Source: an uncultured Arcobacteraceae bacterium (GTDB lineage: Bacteria; Campylobacterota; Campylobacteria; Campylobacterales; Arcobacteraceae). From it: 64,000 bases of DNA. The position numbers and the translations under genes are program-made. The stretch is from positions 313,819-377,818 of the forward strand of contig CAXHZO010000002.1 of the NCBI GenBank assembly GCA_964022095.1. Reading direction: 5' to 3'. Shown here piece by piece: positions 9,341-19,357 of the stretch (positions within the stretch are counted from its first letter, which is position 1; each line of letters begins with the position of its first letter). The notes beneath the pieces are model-generated. The model was given only the letters and a program-made list of their open reading frames with translations. It was not told the origin of the DNA and made no database searches.

Positions 9341-10192
9341 TTAAGTTGTTATATTTTTTAGATCTAACTTGAAAAGATTACCGTCTTCTAGGGTTTCTAT
9401 ATTTATCGTAATTTTATTTTTATCACAAAACTCTTTTACCATAGCAAGACCTAATCCAAAGCCATCATTATTAGGGTTTACTTGAAAGAACTTATCAAAA
9501 ACTATAAATAGGTTTTTTGTATCTATTTTTTTACCCCTATTAAAAATACATAGATTATTCTCTTTATATTCAATAATTACAAGAGGGTCTTTCTGTGAGT
9601 TATATTTTATTGCATTTGAAATTAAATTACTTATTGCTTTTTCAAAGCCATTTAAATCTGTATTTAACGTTACATGAGGAATATTAGTTTTGATAATTGT
9701 ATCTTTTTTAATGTCATCAAAAGTATTAATTAATTTATCAATTAACTCATCTAAATGAAACTCTTGATTATCGATTTTATCAATCTCTTTTTTAATTGAA
9801 TACTCCATATTTGAATATAGTTTTAATAAGTTTTCATTTGCTTGTTCAATTCTTTTTAATCTTTTTAAGCTCTTTTCATCTTTTAAAGATTTTTGTAGCA
9901 TTTGTGTATTCATTTTAATAGTAGATACAGGGATATTTAGTTCATGGATTGTTTCTTTTATACTTTGTTGTAGTTTTTCATCACTTTTAAATAAAGGCTT
10001 TAAAATAGAGTTTGCAAAACTAAGAAATATTCCTACACCTAAAAGTATCAAAGGAATAATAATAAATATAAAGTTCTCTTGATTTAAACCAAATCTTGAA
10101 ATAGCAACATAATTTACATATAAAACTATAATTAATGTAAAAGTAAAAACTATAGATATAGAGATTAAAAACTCTCTTTTTTTAGAATTCAA
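9341..10192 (-). CDS. Sensor histidine kinase
   Basis: Two TMs, IHELNIP H-box, NLISNAIKY, GFGLGL. Confidence 0.92.
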   Translation of the reverse strand: MNSKKREFLISISIVFTFTLIIVLYVNYVAISRFGLNQENFIFIIIPLILLGVGIFLSFANSILKPLFKSDEKLQQSIKETIHELNIPVSTIKMNTQMLQKSLKDEKSLKRLKRIEQANENLLKLYSNMEYSIKKEIDKIDNQEFHLDELIDKLINTFDDIKKDTIIKTNIPHVTLNTDLNGFEKAISNLISNAIKYNSQKDPLVIIEYKENNLCIFNRGKKIDTKNLFIVFDKFFQVNPNNDGFGLGLAMVKEFCDKNKITINIETLEDGNLFKLDLKNITT

Positions 10193-10841
10193 CTTTATAT
10201 CCTATTCCTTTTATATTATTTAAGCAATCTTTACCTAATATTTTTTTAATATGATTTATATAAACCCTAATAGAGCCTTCACTATACTCTTCTCCAGTAC
10301 TCCATAATTTTGAGACAATCATATTTTTGGTAACTATTTCCCCCCTATTTTCTATTAACAATTCTATTAATTGTAATACTTTTATTGGAAGATTTAAATC
10401 TTTTCCATCTTCTAAAACTCTTTTTGAATTCGGTTCAAAAATCAAGTTTTCACTTAGTATTATTGCTTCAAACTGTTTTTTATTTCTTTTTAGTAAAGCT
10501 TTTATTCTAAGTAATAACTCTTCTAAATCAACAGGTTTTTTAAGATAATCATCACAACCTTTTAAAAATGCATCATGTAGAGTGTCTTTATCTTTATACG
10601 AAGTTAAAAAGATTGTTGGAGTTTGGTCATTGCTGTCTCTTAGTTGTTTTAAAAGCTCTAAGCCACTTATTTTTGGAACATTGATATCAAATATGTATAA
10701 ATCATAATTGTTTTCATAATTTAACTCTAAACACTCTTCACCATCATTTGCAATATCAACTTCAAAACCTTCATCATCTAAAAAGTCTTCAACAGTTGAT
10801 GCAAATAGCTCATCATCTTCTAAAAGTAATATTTTATACAA
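10182..10841 (-). CDS. OmpR-family response regulator
   Basis: REC domain (LLEDD, FDINVP, KP) plus winged helix ending GIGYK. Confidence 0.93.
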   Translation of the reverse strand: MYKILLLEDDELFASTVEDFLDDEGFEVDIANDGEECLELNYENNYDLYIFDINVPKISGLELLKQLRDSNDQTPTIFLTSYKDKDTLHDAFLKGCDDYLKKPVDLEELLLRIKALLKRNKKQFEAIILSENLIFEPNSKRVLEDGKDLNLPIKVLQLIELLIENRGEIVTKNMIVSKLWSTGEEYSEGSIRVYINHIKKILGKDCLNNIKGIGYKVEF

Positions 10842-10911
10842 GTTTTATCCCATCTCTTAATTATAATTAATTATAATATTAAATAGTTAAATAAAAGTTA
10901 ATTGGATTTAT

Positions 10912-12663
10912 ATGGCAAAAAAACTAATTATTGTATTGTTATTATTGTTACTTGGATTTTTTGTAATCTCTCAAGAAAATGTAAAGATAATTTTATCAGG
11001 TATTGCAATTTTTTTAATTGGAATGCATTTTATGGAAGATGGATTTAAACAATTTTCTGGTGGAAAATTAGAAGAGATATTAGAAAAATTTACTAGCAAT
11101 AAATATAAATCACTATTAACAGGTTTTATATCAACTTCTGTAGTTCAAAGTTCCTCTTTGATTTCAGTAATCATAATATCATTTTTATCTGTTGGTTTGA
11201 TATCCCTAACACAAGCAATTGCAGTACTTTTTGGTTCAAATTTAGGTAGTACAACAACTGCTTGGATTGTCTCATCTTTTGGATTAAATATTAAAATTTC
11301 ATTATACGCTATGCCTTTGATCATATTTGGAGTGATTTTTAGGTTTTCTAAAAAAAGTGTGTATATTGGACTTGGAAATATACTTTTAGGCTTAGGCTTT
11401 ATTTTCCTTGGAATTTCTTATATGAAAGAGGGATTTGATACATTAAAAGACTCTATTGACTTAGCTTCATACTCAATTGAAGGAATACAAGGTTTAATTC
11501 TTTTTACTTTAATTGGTATTATAATAACAGTTGTAATACAATCAAGCAGTGCTGCAATGGCTATTGTAATCACTGCACTAGCAGGAGAAAATATATTATA
11601 TATTGATGCTTTAGCACTTGCAATTGGTGCAAATATTGGTACAACAGTAACTGCAATCTTAGGTGCCCTAACCTCAAATCAAAATGGTAAAAGATTAGCC
11701 TTTGCACACCTTGTATTTAATGGAACAACTGGTGCTTTAGCTTTACTATTAATTTATCACCTAAAAGACTTTGTTGATATTTTAGCACCTATTCTTTCAA
11801 TAGATTCGAATAATTACACTATGAAGTTGGCTTTGTTTCATACAATATTTAATCTTTTAGGAATTGTAATTTTATTTCCATTTTTAGCTTATATAGTTAA
11901 GTTTTCTAAAAATGTAATAAGTGATGATAAGGTTAAAAAAGAGTCTAGACCTCTTTTTTTAAATAAATCAAATTTAAGACTTCCATATAATGCGATGATT
12001 TCTATTCAAAAAGAGGTTATAAACTTGTATGATAGAGCACAAAAGGCAATACTTCATGCCTTATCTGTTCATACAAAAGATTTAAAACATATAGAAGATA
12101 TTGATAAAATATTAAGTAGTGATCTAAAAAAAATAGATACAAATTTAGATGATATTTATCAAAACAACTTAAAAAACTTATATAGTGAAATTATAGAGTT
12201 TTCACTTTTATCACAAGAGCATATGACAAAAGAACAAAATGAGTATGTAACGCAGTTAAAAACAACATCAAATAGTATTGTTAAAGTTTTAAAAGATACA
12301 AGAGATATACAAAGAAACATGAACTTCTATTTAAATAGTAAAAATAAGTATATTAAAGATGAGTATAAAAGGCTAAAAAAAGTTTTAATAACAACAATTC
12401 TTTACTTAAATCAAATAAATGAAAATAGATTTGAAGAAGTTAAAATACCTACTATTTTGAAAGAACATAAAATACTACTTGAAAAGTTTAAAATACATAG
12501 TAGTGATAAAATAGATGAATTAATTAGAAATGAGTTAATTACTTCAAAAATGGCTACATCTTTGATAAATGACTCAACAACAATTCATAATCGTTGTGAG
12601 AATTTACTTGAGATTGCTTATGTATTATTTATAAATGATAAGCAGTTTAAAGAGTTTACATAG
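10912..12663 (+). CDS. Na+/Pi cotransporter family protein
   Basis: Two QSSS repeats with GSNLG / GANIGTT; PhoU-like helical C-terminus. Confidence 0.9.
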   Translation: MAKKLIIVLLLLLLGFFVISQENVKIILSGIAIFLIGMHFMEDGFKQFSGGKLEEILEKFTSNKYKSLLTGFISTSVVQSSSLISVIIISFLSVGLISLTQAIAVLFGSNLGSTTTAWIVSSFGLNIKISLYAMPLIIFGVIFRFSKKSVYIGLGNILLGLGFIFLGISYMKEGFDTLKDSIDLASYSIEGIQGLILFTLIGIIITVVIQSSSAAMAIVITALAGENILYIDALALAIGANIGTTVTAILGALTSNQNGKRLAFAHLVFNGTTGALALLLIYHLKDFVDILAPILSIDSNNYTMKLALFHTIFNLLGIVILFPFLAYIVKFSKNVISDDKVKKESRPLFLNKSNLRLPYNAMISIQKEVINLYDRAQKAILHALSVHTKDLKHIEDIDKILSSDLKKIDTNLDDIYQNNLKNLYSEIIEFSLLSQEHMTKEQNEYVTQLKTTSNSIVKVLKDTRDIQRNMNFYLNSKNKYIKDEYKRLKKVLITTILYLNQINENRFEEVKIPTILKEHKILLEKFKIHSSDKIDELIRNELITSKMATSLINDSTTIHNRCENLLEIAYVLFINDKQFKEFT

Positions 12664-12670
12664 CCTTTTT

Positions 12671-12922
12671 TTAAGAAGATTTAAAATATAAAATTGTAGC
12701 AATAACCATAAAACCAACTCCTGCAACAATTAGCTGTGCTGATTTTTCTTTTCTTAGTATTCCTTCGTTTACTTCAAAAATTGCAACTGATTTTAAAGTT
12801 CCATTATCAATATATTTTAAAAACTTGTAGCCTTTTTTTGTATATTTTGTTTTTACTTTTTCAAGCTCTTTTTCTCTTTGCTCTTTTGAAAAACCACCAA
12901 CTACAATACTTTTTTGTGCCAT
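12671..12922 (-). CDS. Hypothetical small membrane protein
   Basis: Coupled to trmL stop; C-terminal TM. Confidence 0.6.
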   Translation of the reverse strand: MAQKSIVVGGFSKEQREKELEKVKTKYTKKGYKFLKYIDNGTLKSVAIFEVNEGILRKEKSAQLIVAGVGFMVIATILYFKSS

Positions 12923-13386
12923 TATTTAAACTCACTAAAATTTTGTCTTAACGCTTCATATGCAATTATTGATACAGAGTTAGCGATATTTAAGCTTCTA
13001 GCATCATTTGTCATAGGAATTGTTATACACCCTTCACTATTTTTATTCATAATACTTTCAGGAAGTCCAGCATCTTCTCTACCAAAATAAATAAAATCAT
13101 TTGGCTCAAATTTTGCATCAAAGTATACTTTATTGGTTTTTGTTGTAGCAAAAAAGTGTCTATTTGATATTGGGTTTTTAGCCCAAAAGTCTTCAATATT
13201 TTCATACTCTCTAACATCTAAATCAAACCAATAATCTAATCCAGCACGTCTAACTTCTTTTTCTGTGATTTCACCAAATCCATATGGTTTTATTAGATGA
13301 AGTGTACAGTTTAGTGCAAAAGCAAGTCTTCCTATTGTTCCAACATTTCCAGGTATTCTTGGTTCGTGTAAAACTATATTAAACAT
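12922..13386 (-). CDS. trmL: tRNA (cytidine/uridine-34-2'-O)-methyltransferase
   Basis: EPRIPGNVGTIGR, RRAGLDYW, RSLNIANS SPOUT motifs. Confidence 0.93.
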   Translation of the reverse strand: MFNIVLHEPRIPGNVGTIGRLAFALNCTLHLIKPYGFGEITEKEVRRAGLDYWFDLDVREYENIEDFWAKNPISNRHFFATTKTNKVYFDAKFEPNDFIYFGREDAGLPESIMNKNSEGCITIPMTNDARSLNIANSVSIIAYEALRQNFSEFK

Positions 13387-14219
13387 TATAAGATTACCGT
13401 TTTATTTCCGTGAACAAATACTCGATCAGCAAGTAAAAGTTCAAAAGCATTTGAAAGTACTATTTTTTCTACATTTCTACCAGCATTTCTCATCTCTTGC
13501 CAAGAATAACTATGATCTACTCTTACTACATCTTGATAGATAATTGGACCTTCATCTAAATCATCAGTTACATAATGTGCTGTTGCCCCAATAATTTTAA
13601 CACCTCTATCATGTGCTTGTTTATATGGGTTTGCTCCAATAAATGCAGGCAAGAATGAGTGGTGAATATTTAAAACCTTTTTAGGGTATTGCTTAACAAA
13701 TTTTGGAGTTAAGATTCTCATATATTTTGCAAGAACAATTAATTCTGGTTCATACTCATTGATTTTATCAATCATTTTATCTTCATGCTCTTCTCTACTT
13801 AGTCCCTCAGCACTAATACAAGTAAATGGTATATCAAACTTTTCTACAAGATCACCTAGTGTTTCATGATTTGCAATTACTGCTTTTATATTTGCATTTA
13901 ACTCACCTGCTACATATCTAATAAGTAAATCACCTAAAACATGCGATTCTTTTGTAGCTAAAATTACAACGTCTTTTTTTTCTTTTTTTGTTAGTTTTAT
14001 TGAAGCACTTTGAGGTAATACTTCTTTTAATTCTTTTAATAAAATATTTGCTGAAACTTTACCAGAAACAATACTTCTCATAAAAAATTTCTTTGTCTCA
14101 GGGTCAACATATTCAGCATTTTGTTCAATGTTTAAGTTATTTGCAAAAAGAACTTTTGAGATGTTATAAACAAGTCCTTTTGCGTCTTCAGTATCTATTA
14201 AAAGTATATACTCTTCCAT
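13386..14219 (-). CDS. purU: Formyltetrahydrofolate deformylase
   Basis: ACT domain; LAKYMRIL, NIHHSFLPAFIGANPY, LDEGPII. Confidence 0.96.
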   Translation of the reverse strand: MEEYILLIDTEDAKGLVYNISKVLFANNLNIEQNAEYVDPETKKFFMRSIVSGKVSANILLKELKEVLPQSASIKLTKKEKKDVVILATKESHVLGDLLIRYVAGELNANIKAVIANHETLGDLVEKFDIPFTCISAEGLSREEHEDKMIDKINEYEPELIVLAKYMRILTPKFVKQYPKKVLNIHHSFLPAFIGANPYKQAHDRGVKIIGATAHYVTDDLDEGPIIYQDVVRVDHSYSWQEMRNAGRNVEKIVLSNAFELLLADRVFVHGNKTVIL

Positions 14220-14233
14220 TTTCGTCCTATATC

Positions 14234-14260
14234 ATTCAAGCTTAAATTTAAAGCTTGAAT
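14234..14260. terminator. Hairpin between malic enzyme and purU
   Basis: ATTCAAGCTT...AAGCTTGAAT inverted repeat. Confidence 0.4.
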
Positions 14261-14289
14261 AATACCATTTTATAGTTTAATAGATTATT

Positions 14290-15561
14290 TTATATTAGTG
14301 TAGATAATTTTTCTTTGTATGCTTCCACATCAAATTCAGTTATTTTAGCAACTCCACTCTCAACTGCACCAAGGGCTACTGCTGCTGATACTACAGTTAG
14401 GAGTCTTTTGTCAAATGGTGTTGGAATAATATACTCTCTTCCATAAGATATATCTCCAAACAATACTTTTAAGTCATTTGTTAAAGGTTCTTTTGCAAGT
14501 GCTGCAATTCCTTTTGCTGCAGACATTTTCATATGCATATTAATTTTTGTAGCTTGTACATCTAATGCACCTCTAAAAATAAATGGGAATCCAAGTACAT
14601 TATTTACTTGATTAGGAAAATCAGATCTTCCTGTTCCTATAATAGCTTTTGGTTTAACTTCTCTAACTTCCTGGGGAAAAAGCTCTGGAGTTGGGTTTGC
14701 AAGAGTAAATACAATAGGTTCTTCAGTCATAAGTGCAATATGCTCTTTTGTAAAAGTTCCAGGTCTAGATAATCCTAAAACCATATCAGCATCTGTGAAT
14801 GCCTCTTCCATAGTACTGCAAGTATCGTTTATGAATTTTTGTTTATATTCATTTAAATCATTTCTTTTTGAATGAATAACACCTTTTGAATCACACATGA
14901 TTAAATTTTTAACACCATACTCTTTATACATAGTTGAACATGCAATAGCAGAAGCTCCTGCTCCAACAACTACTACTTTTAAATCTTCTGGTTTTTTATT
15001 CATCATTTCAGCTGCATTCATAAGTGCAGCTGTTGTAATAATCGCAGTTCCATGTTGATCATCGTGCATAACTGGAATATCTAACTCTTCTACAAGTCTT
15101 TTTTCGATTTCGAAACACTCAGGTGCTTTTATATCTTCAAGATTAATTCCACCAAAAGTTGGAGCAATAGCTTTAACAGTTTTACAAAACTCATCAACAT
15201 CAGTTTGATCTACTTCAATATCAAAAGAATCAACACCTGCAAACTTCTTAAATAATACAGCTTTTCCTTCCATAACTGGTTTAGAAGCTAAAGCTCCAAT
15301 ATTACCTAATCCTAATACTGCTGTACCATTTGATATAACAGCTACAAGGTTTCTTTTTGCAGTATAATCAAATGCTGTTTCTGGATTTTTTTCAATTTCT
15401 TCACAAGGATATGCAACACCAGGTGAGTAAGCCAGTGCTAAATCTCTTTGAGAATCTAATCTTGTAGTTGTTTCAATAGCAACTTTTCCAGGGGTTGGAA
15501 ATTTGTGATAGTCTAACGCCTCTAATTTCAATGAATCTAAATTCGTTACTTGAGTACTCAT
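14290..15561 (-). CDS. NAD(P)-dependent malic enzyme (no PTA domain)
   Basis: [46 protein letters not shown]. Confidence 0.93.
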   Translation of the reverse strand: MSTQVTNLDSLKLEALDYHKFPTPGKVAIETTTRLDSQRDLALAYSPGVAYPCEEIEKNPETAFDYTAKRNLVAVISNGTAVLGLGNIGALASKPVMEGKAVLFKKFAGVDSFDIEVDQTDVDEFCKTVKAIAPTFGGINLEDIKAPECFEIEKRLVEELDIPVMHDDQHGTAIITTAALMNAAEMMNKKPEDLKVVVVGAGASAIACSTMYKEYGVKNLIMCDSKGVIHSKRNDLNEYKQKFINDTCSTMEEAFTDADMVLGLSRPGTFTKEHIALMTEEPIVFTLANPTPELFPQEVREVKPKAIIGTGRSDFPNQVNNVLGFPFIFRGALDVQATKINMHMKMSAAKGIAALAKEPLTNDLKVLFGDISYGREYIIPTPFDKRLLTVVSAAVALGAVESGVAKITEFDVEAYKEKLSTLI

Positions 15562-15699
15562 TTTTATCCTTTATAATTACCTAATTTTTGAGAAAATCGT
15601 TAAATAGTAACAAAAAGAAACTTAATTTAATAAATTTAAAGAAAATTAATATTTTATAAGGTTTTTGTAAGTTGTATATTTTACTTACATAATTTAATT

Positions 15700-16371
15700 C
15701 TAATTTTGAATAATAACTCCTGCAAATCTACCAGTATTTTTATCTTTTCTAAAAGAGTAAAATGGTTCATCTGCACATTTAGTACAAATTTCAGATACCC
15801 TAATATGATTTATTCCAACTTCTTCAAGGAGTTTTATATTTATTTTGTGTAAATCAATATTTTGTCCAATACAAAATTCTTGTCCAAAAGTAGTTTTTAC
15901 AATTTGTAATAATTCATCACTAACTTCATAACAACATGCATGAATACTAGGTCCCATAATCACTTTAATATTTTGGGCTTGACAATCTAATTCTTCAATC
16001 ATTTTATTTGCAGTAATTTGAGCAATTTTTTGAAAAGTAGAGTTTCTACCTGCATGAACTGCTGCAATCACACCTTTTATTTCATCAAAAAATAGTATTG
16101 GGATACAATCTGCGACCATAACCATAAGTGGCAAATTTTTTTCAGTTGTAATTATTCCATCACAATTATCTATTAATTTTGAAGATTCTTTTGTGACTAT
16201 TTGAACATTATTTCCATGAACTTGGTTCATATACACTAATTTTTTGGCTTCATAGCCTACTTTTTGAGCTAATTGTTCTCTATTTTTATCAACATTCTCT
16301 TTTATATCATTTACATGATATGCTAAGTTTCCATCTTGTGTAGTACTAAAATAATATTTTATTTGATTCAT
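15700..16371 (-). CDS. pgeF: Peptidoglycan editing factor PgeF / YfiH family
   Basis: QVHG, VADCIPI, HAG motifs. Confidence 0.9.
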   Translation of the reverse strand: MNQIKYYFSTTQDGNLAYHVNDIKENVDKNREQLAQKVGYEAKKLVYMNQVHGNNVQIVTKESSKLIDNCDGIITTEKNLPLMVMVADCIPILFFDEIKGVIAAVHAGRNSTFQKIAQITANKMIEELDCQAQNIKVIMGPSIHACCYEVSDELLQIVKTTFGQEFCIGQNIDLHKINIKLLEEVGINHIRVSEICTKCADEPFYSFRKDKNTGRFAGVIIQN

Positions 16372-16428
16372 AATTTCATCTTTATAGCTTTTTGATATAA
16401 TTTAGCAAAATATTCTTAAGGAAAAGAT

Positions 16429-17037
16429 TTGAATAGATTTGATGAAGCAGCAAAAACTTGGGATCAAAAGCAATCAAGTATTGATAGTTCAAATGCTTGT
16501 GTAGATAATTTAGAAAAATACATAACACTGAAAAATGATGCAAAAATACTAGACTATGGATGTGGGACTGGATTTATTTCATACTCATTAAAGACTAAGA
16601 CAAACTCTGTACTTGGTATGGATTATTCAGATGGTATGGTAAGCAGATTTAATGAAAAAGCAAAAGAGTTAGACTTTGATAATATCAAAGCAATAAAACA
16701 CAATATGAATGAAGATGAAATACAAAAAGATACATTTGATTTATTTATTTCTTCTATGACTATGCACCATATTAAAGATACAAATATGTTTGCTAAAAAA
16801 GCATATGAGTGTTTAGTAAAAGGTGGAGTTGTTTGTATAAATGACTTAGAAAAAGAAGATGGTACTTTTCATGCAAAACACAAAAATGACGGAGTTGAGC
16901 ACTTTGGATATGCAAAAGAAGATGTCAAAAAAATCTTTGAAAATATAGGTTTTGAAATCATCTCTTGTGATACTGTTTATATTCATGAAAGAAATGACAA
17001 AGAGTATCCCTTATTTAACTTAATAGCAAAAAAATAA
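16429..17037 (+). CDS. Class I SAM-dependent methyltransferase
   Basis: LDYGCGTG motif; MTMHH. Confidence 0.88.
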   Translation: MNRFDEAAKTWDQKQSSIDSSNACVDNLEKYITLKNDAKILDYGCGTGFISYSLKTKTNSVLGMDYSDGMVSRFNEKAKELDFDNIKAIKHNMNEDEIQKDTFDLFISSMTMHHIKDTNMFAKKAYECLVKGGVVCINDLEKEDGTFHAKHKNDGVEHFGYAKEDVKKIFENIGFEIISCDTVYIHERNDKEYPLFNLIAKK

Positions 17038-17047
17038 AAGGAAATAA

Positions 17048-17842
17048 ATGAGTAAAGAATTTGTATTATTTGGAAATCCAGTAGCACATTCAAAATCACC
17101 TCAAATGCAAAATGCAGGACTAAATCACTTAAAATTTGATGGTAATTATGATAAATTTCAGCTAGAAGATGGAAGTACTATTAAAGAAGTATTTTTAAAT
17201 AAAGGTTTTAGTGGAGCTAATATAACTGTACCACACAAAGAGTTTGCATATGAAAATGCAGATGAAGTAAGAGGATTAGCAAATAAAATTCATGCGGTAA
17301 ATACATATATAAATGAAAATGGAAAAGTAATAGCATACAATACTGATGCTCCTGGATTTTTAAAAGCTATTGAATCTTTTGGAGTTGTTAAAAATGTATT
17401 ACTTCTAGGTGCAGGAGGTACAGCAAAAGCAATTGCTCTAGCCTTACAAGAAAGTAATATAAATGTAACTGTATTAAATAGAAGTGAAGGAAAACTAGAA
17501 TTTTTTAAAAATGAAAACATAAAATGTTCTACTTGGGATAGTTTTGAAGTGCAAGATTTTGATTTAGTAGTAAACTCTACAAGTGCTGGATTAAAAGATG
17601 ATTATTTACCAGCTCCAGATGAGCTTTTAAACAAAGTTTTAGATAAAGCCTCTTCTGCTTTTGATTGTGTTTATGGAAAAATCACACCATTTTTAGCGTT
17701 AGCTAAAGAAAAAAAATGTGAGATAAAAGATGGTGAAGATATGCTTTTATATCAAGGTGTCTTGGCGTTCGAATTATTTACGGGTCATAAAGCTGATGAA
17801 AAACTAGTAGAAGCTATGAGAAAAGGATTAAAAGGAGTATAA
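17048..17842 (+). CDS. aroE: Shikimate dehydrogenase
   Basis: GNPVAHSKSP, GANITVPHK, NTD, GAGG. Confidence 0.95.
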   Translation: MSKEFVLFGNPVAHSKSPQMQNAGLNHLKFDGNYDKFQLEDGSTIKEVFLNKGFSGANITVPHKEFAYENADEVRGLANKIHAVNTYINENGKVIAYNTDAPGFLKAIESFGVVKNVLLLGAGGTAKAIALALQESNINVTVLNRSEGKLEFFKNENIKCSTWDSFEVQDFDLVVNSTSAGLKDDYLPAPDELLNKVLDKASSAFDCVYGKITPFLALAKEKKCEIKDGEDMLLYQGVLAFELFTGHKADEKLVEAMRKGLKGV

Positions 17843-17853
17843 ACTCCTTTTTT
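17831..17853 (+). terminator. Intrinsic terminator after aroE
   Basis: AAAGGAGT...ACTCCTTT hairpin followed by T-run. Confidence 0.55.
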
Positions 17854-18068
17854 CTTAAAAAACTTAATAAAATTCTATAATTATTTTTTAATTTTGAAAT
17901 TTATTCAAAAATATAAATTACCCTATAACTTTTAAATTATCGTAAAAAATCCATATTTAATTCTAAGATCTTACAAATTTTAAATATTGATACTTTTTAT
18001 ATCAATGTCTTTTTCATTATTTATTAAAATGAGTCATTTTTGAGACATTTCAAGAGTAAAATTAGATT

Positions 18069-18656
18069 ATGAAGTTTTTTATATTAGATAATCAAAATAG
18101 TATTAGTAATCAAATTGAATTGTTAAAAAACTTATTTATTAAAATTGATATAGTAAATGGAATGTTATTTGATAATCCAATTAAAGAGTATCAAAAAGAT
18201 AGATATGATTTTCTTATAGTTGATTCAACACATAAAAACTCCCTTGAAGTTTTTACTAAAATTATTCAAATAAACCCTAATCAAAAGACTATAAATTATA
18301 TTGAAAGAGTAACTTCAGAAAAACTAAAAACTTGCAAATATTGTAAAACAACTCATAATATAAGATGTCTTTTAAAGCCTTTTGATCTTTTAGAGCTTTA
18401 TAATATTATTAAAGTTAAAGATAATACTTGTAAATTTTCAACTATATATGAAAAGAATGAAATAAAAGAGAATTTAGAACATATTTATTATAAAAATAGA
18501 TATTATGAATTTGATACGAAAGAGAAAATATTTAAAGTTAAAAGTGGACACTCTAGCTCTTTAGTTATTCGTGAGCATATCAGTATAACTGACTTTTTAA
18601 GTGAACATAATATAGATTTTGACAACGAGTTATTTCCCCACATAAAAATTTATTAG
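18069..18656 (+). CDS. Hypothetical protein with degenerate receiver-like N-terminus
   Basis: FILD...YDFLIVD...INPNQK...LLKPF pattern resembles a REC fold; inserted CKYC. Confidence 0.55.
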   Translation: MKFFILDNQNSISNQIELLKNLFIKIDIVNGMLFDNPIKEYQKDRYDFLIVDSTHKNSLEVFTKIIQINPNQKTINYIERVTSEKLKTCKYCKTTHNIRCLLKPFDLLELYNIIKVKDNTCKFSTIYEKNEIKENLEHIYYKNRYYEFDTKEKIFKVKSGHSSSLVIREHISITDFLSEHNIDFDNELFPHIKIY

Positions 18657-18720
18657 TCTTTTCGATGCTATAGTTAAGTTATATTTTTATTCTATAATAC
18701 AAAAAACTCAAAGGAATAAA

Positions 18721-19140
18721 ATGAAAAAAACTATTTTCTCTACACTTTTTCTTACATCAATAATCTCAAGTTTGTTTGCTCAAGAAATTGAATATGCTGA
18801 ATATATTGCAAATGGGTCAAATTCAAGTTATACAAACTTAGATGCGATATTTAAAGTTACAAAAGGTGACAAAAGTACTTTATATAGATATACAACTGGA
18901 AAATACTCAGGACTTGTAGAAAAACTTTGTACTGGTGAAACATTTCCTTTTCAAATTAGAAACACAAAAGATGGACAAAGAGATGTAAATTCAATATGGT
19001 CCCCTATTCCTTACTTTGAAGCATATTATAAACTACAAAATAAAACTCTTGAACCGGGGATTAGATTAGTAACTAAAACTTCTAGTGATGGGAGTAAGCA
19101 AATATGTATGGAAGATTTAAAAACTTGTATAGATAGATAA
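18721..19140 (+). CDS. Hypothetical exported protein
   Basis: AAGGA RBS, signal peptide ending LFA. Confidence 0.65.
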   Translation: MKKTIFSTLFLTSIISSLFAQEIEYAEYIANGSNSSYTNLDAIFKVTKGDKSTLYRYTTGKYSGLVEKLCTGETFPFQIRNTKDGQRDVNSIWSPIPYFEAYYKLQNKTLEPGIRLVTKTSSDGSKQICMEDLKTCIDR

Positions 19141-19211
19141 TATATAATATTAAATTATAAATATCCTATTATTAAAAGTTATATTTAAGTGAGTTTTATT
19201 TATAATTTTAT

Positions 19212-19258
19212 GTGTAGATTCACTAGCTCTCTCCAAGTGTATTGAATCTGCACTTTTT
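19212..19258 (+). ncRNA. Candidate short hairpin sRNA or terminator with C/U-rich loop
   Basis: TATAAT at 19201-19206; 11-bp stem 19212-19222 / 19243-19253; loop contains CUCUCUCC; U5 tail. Confidence 0.35.
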
Positions 19259-19357
19259 ACTTAGTACATTAATAAGTTATTTTTTGTTTAATTTATTAAA
19301 TTGAAATTCTCAAACTTTATGCTACAATATTTCTAATAAGACCTAAAAAGGCTAAAT

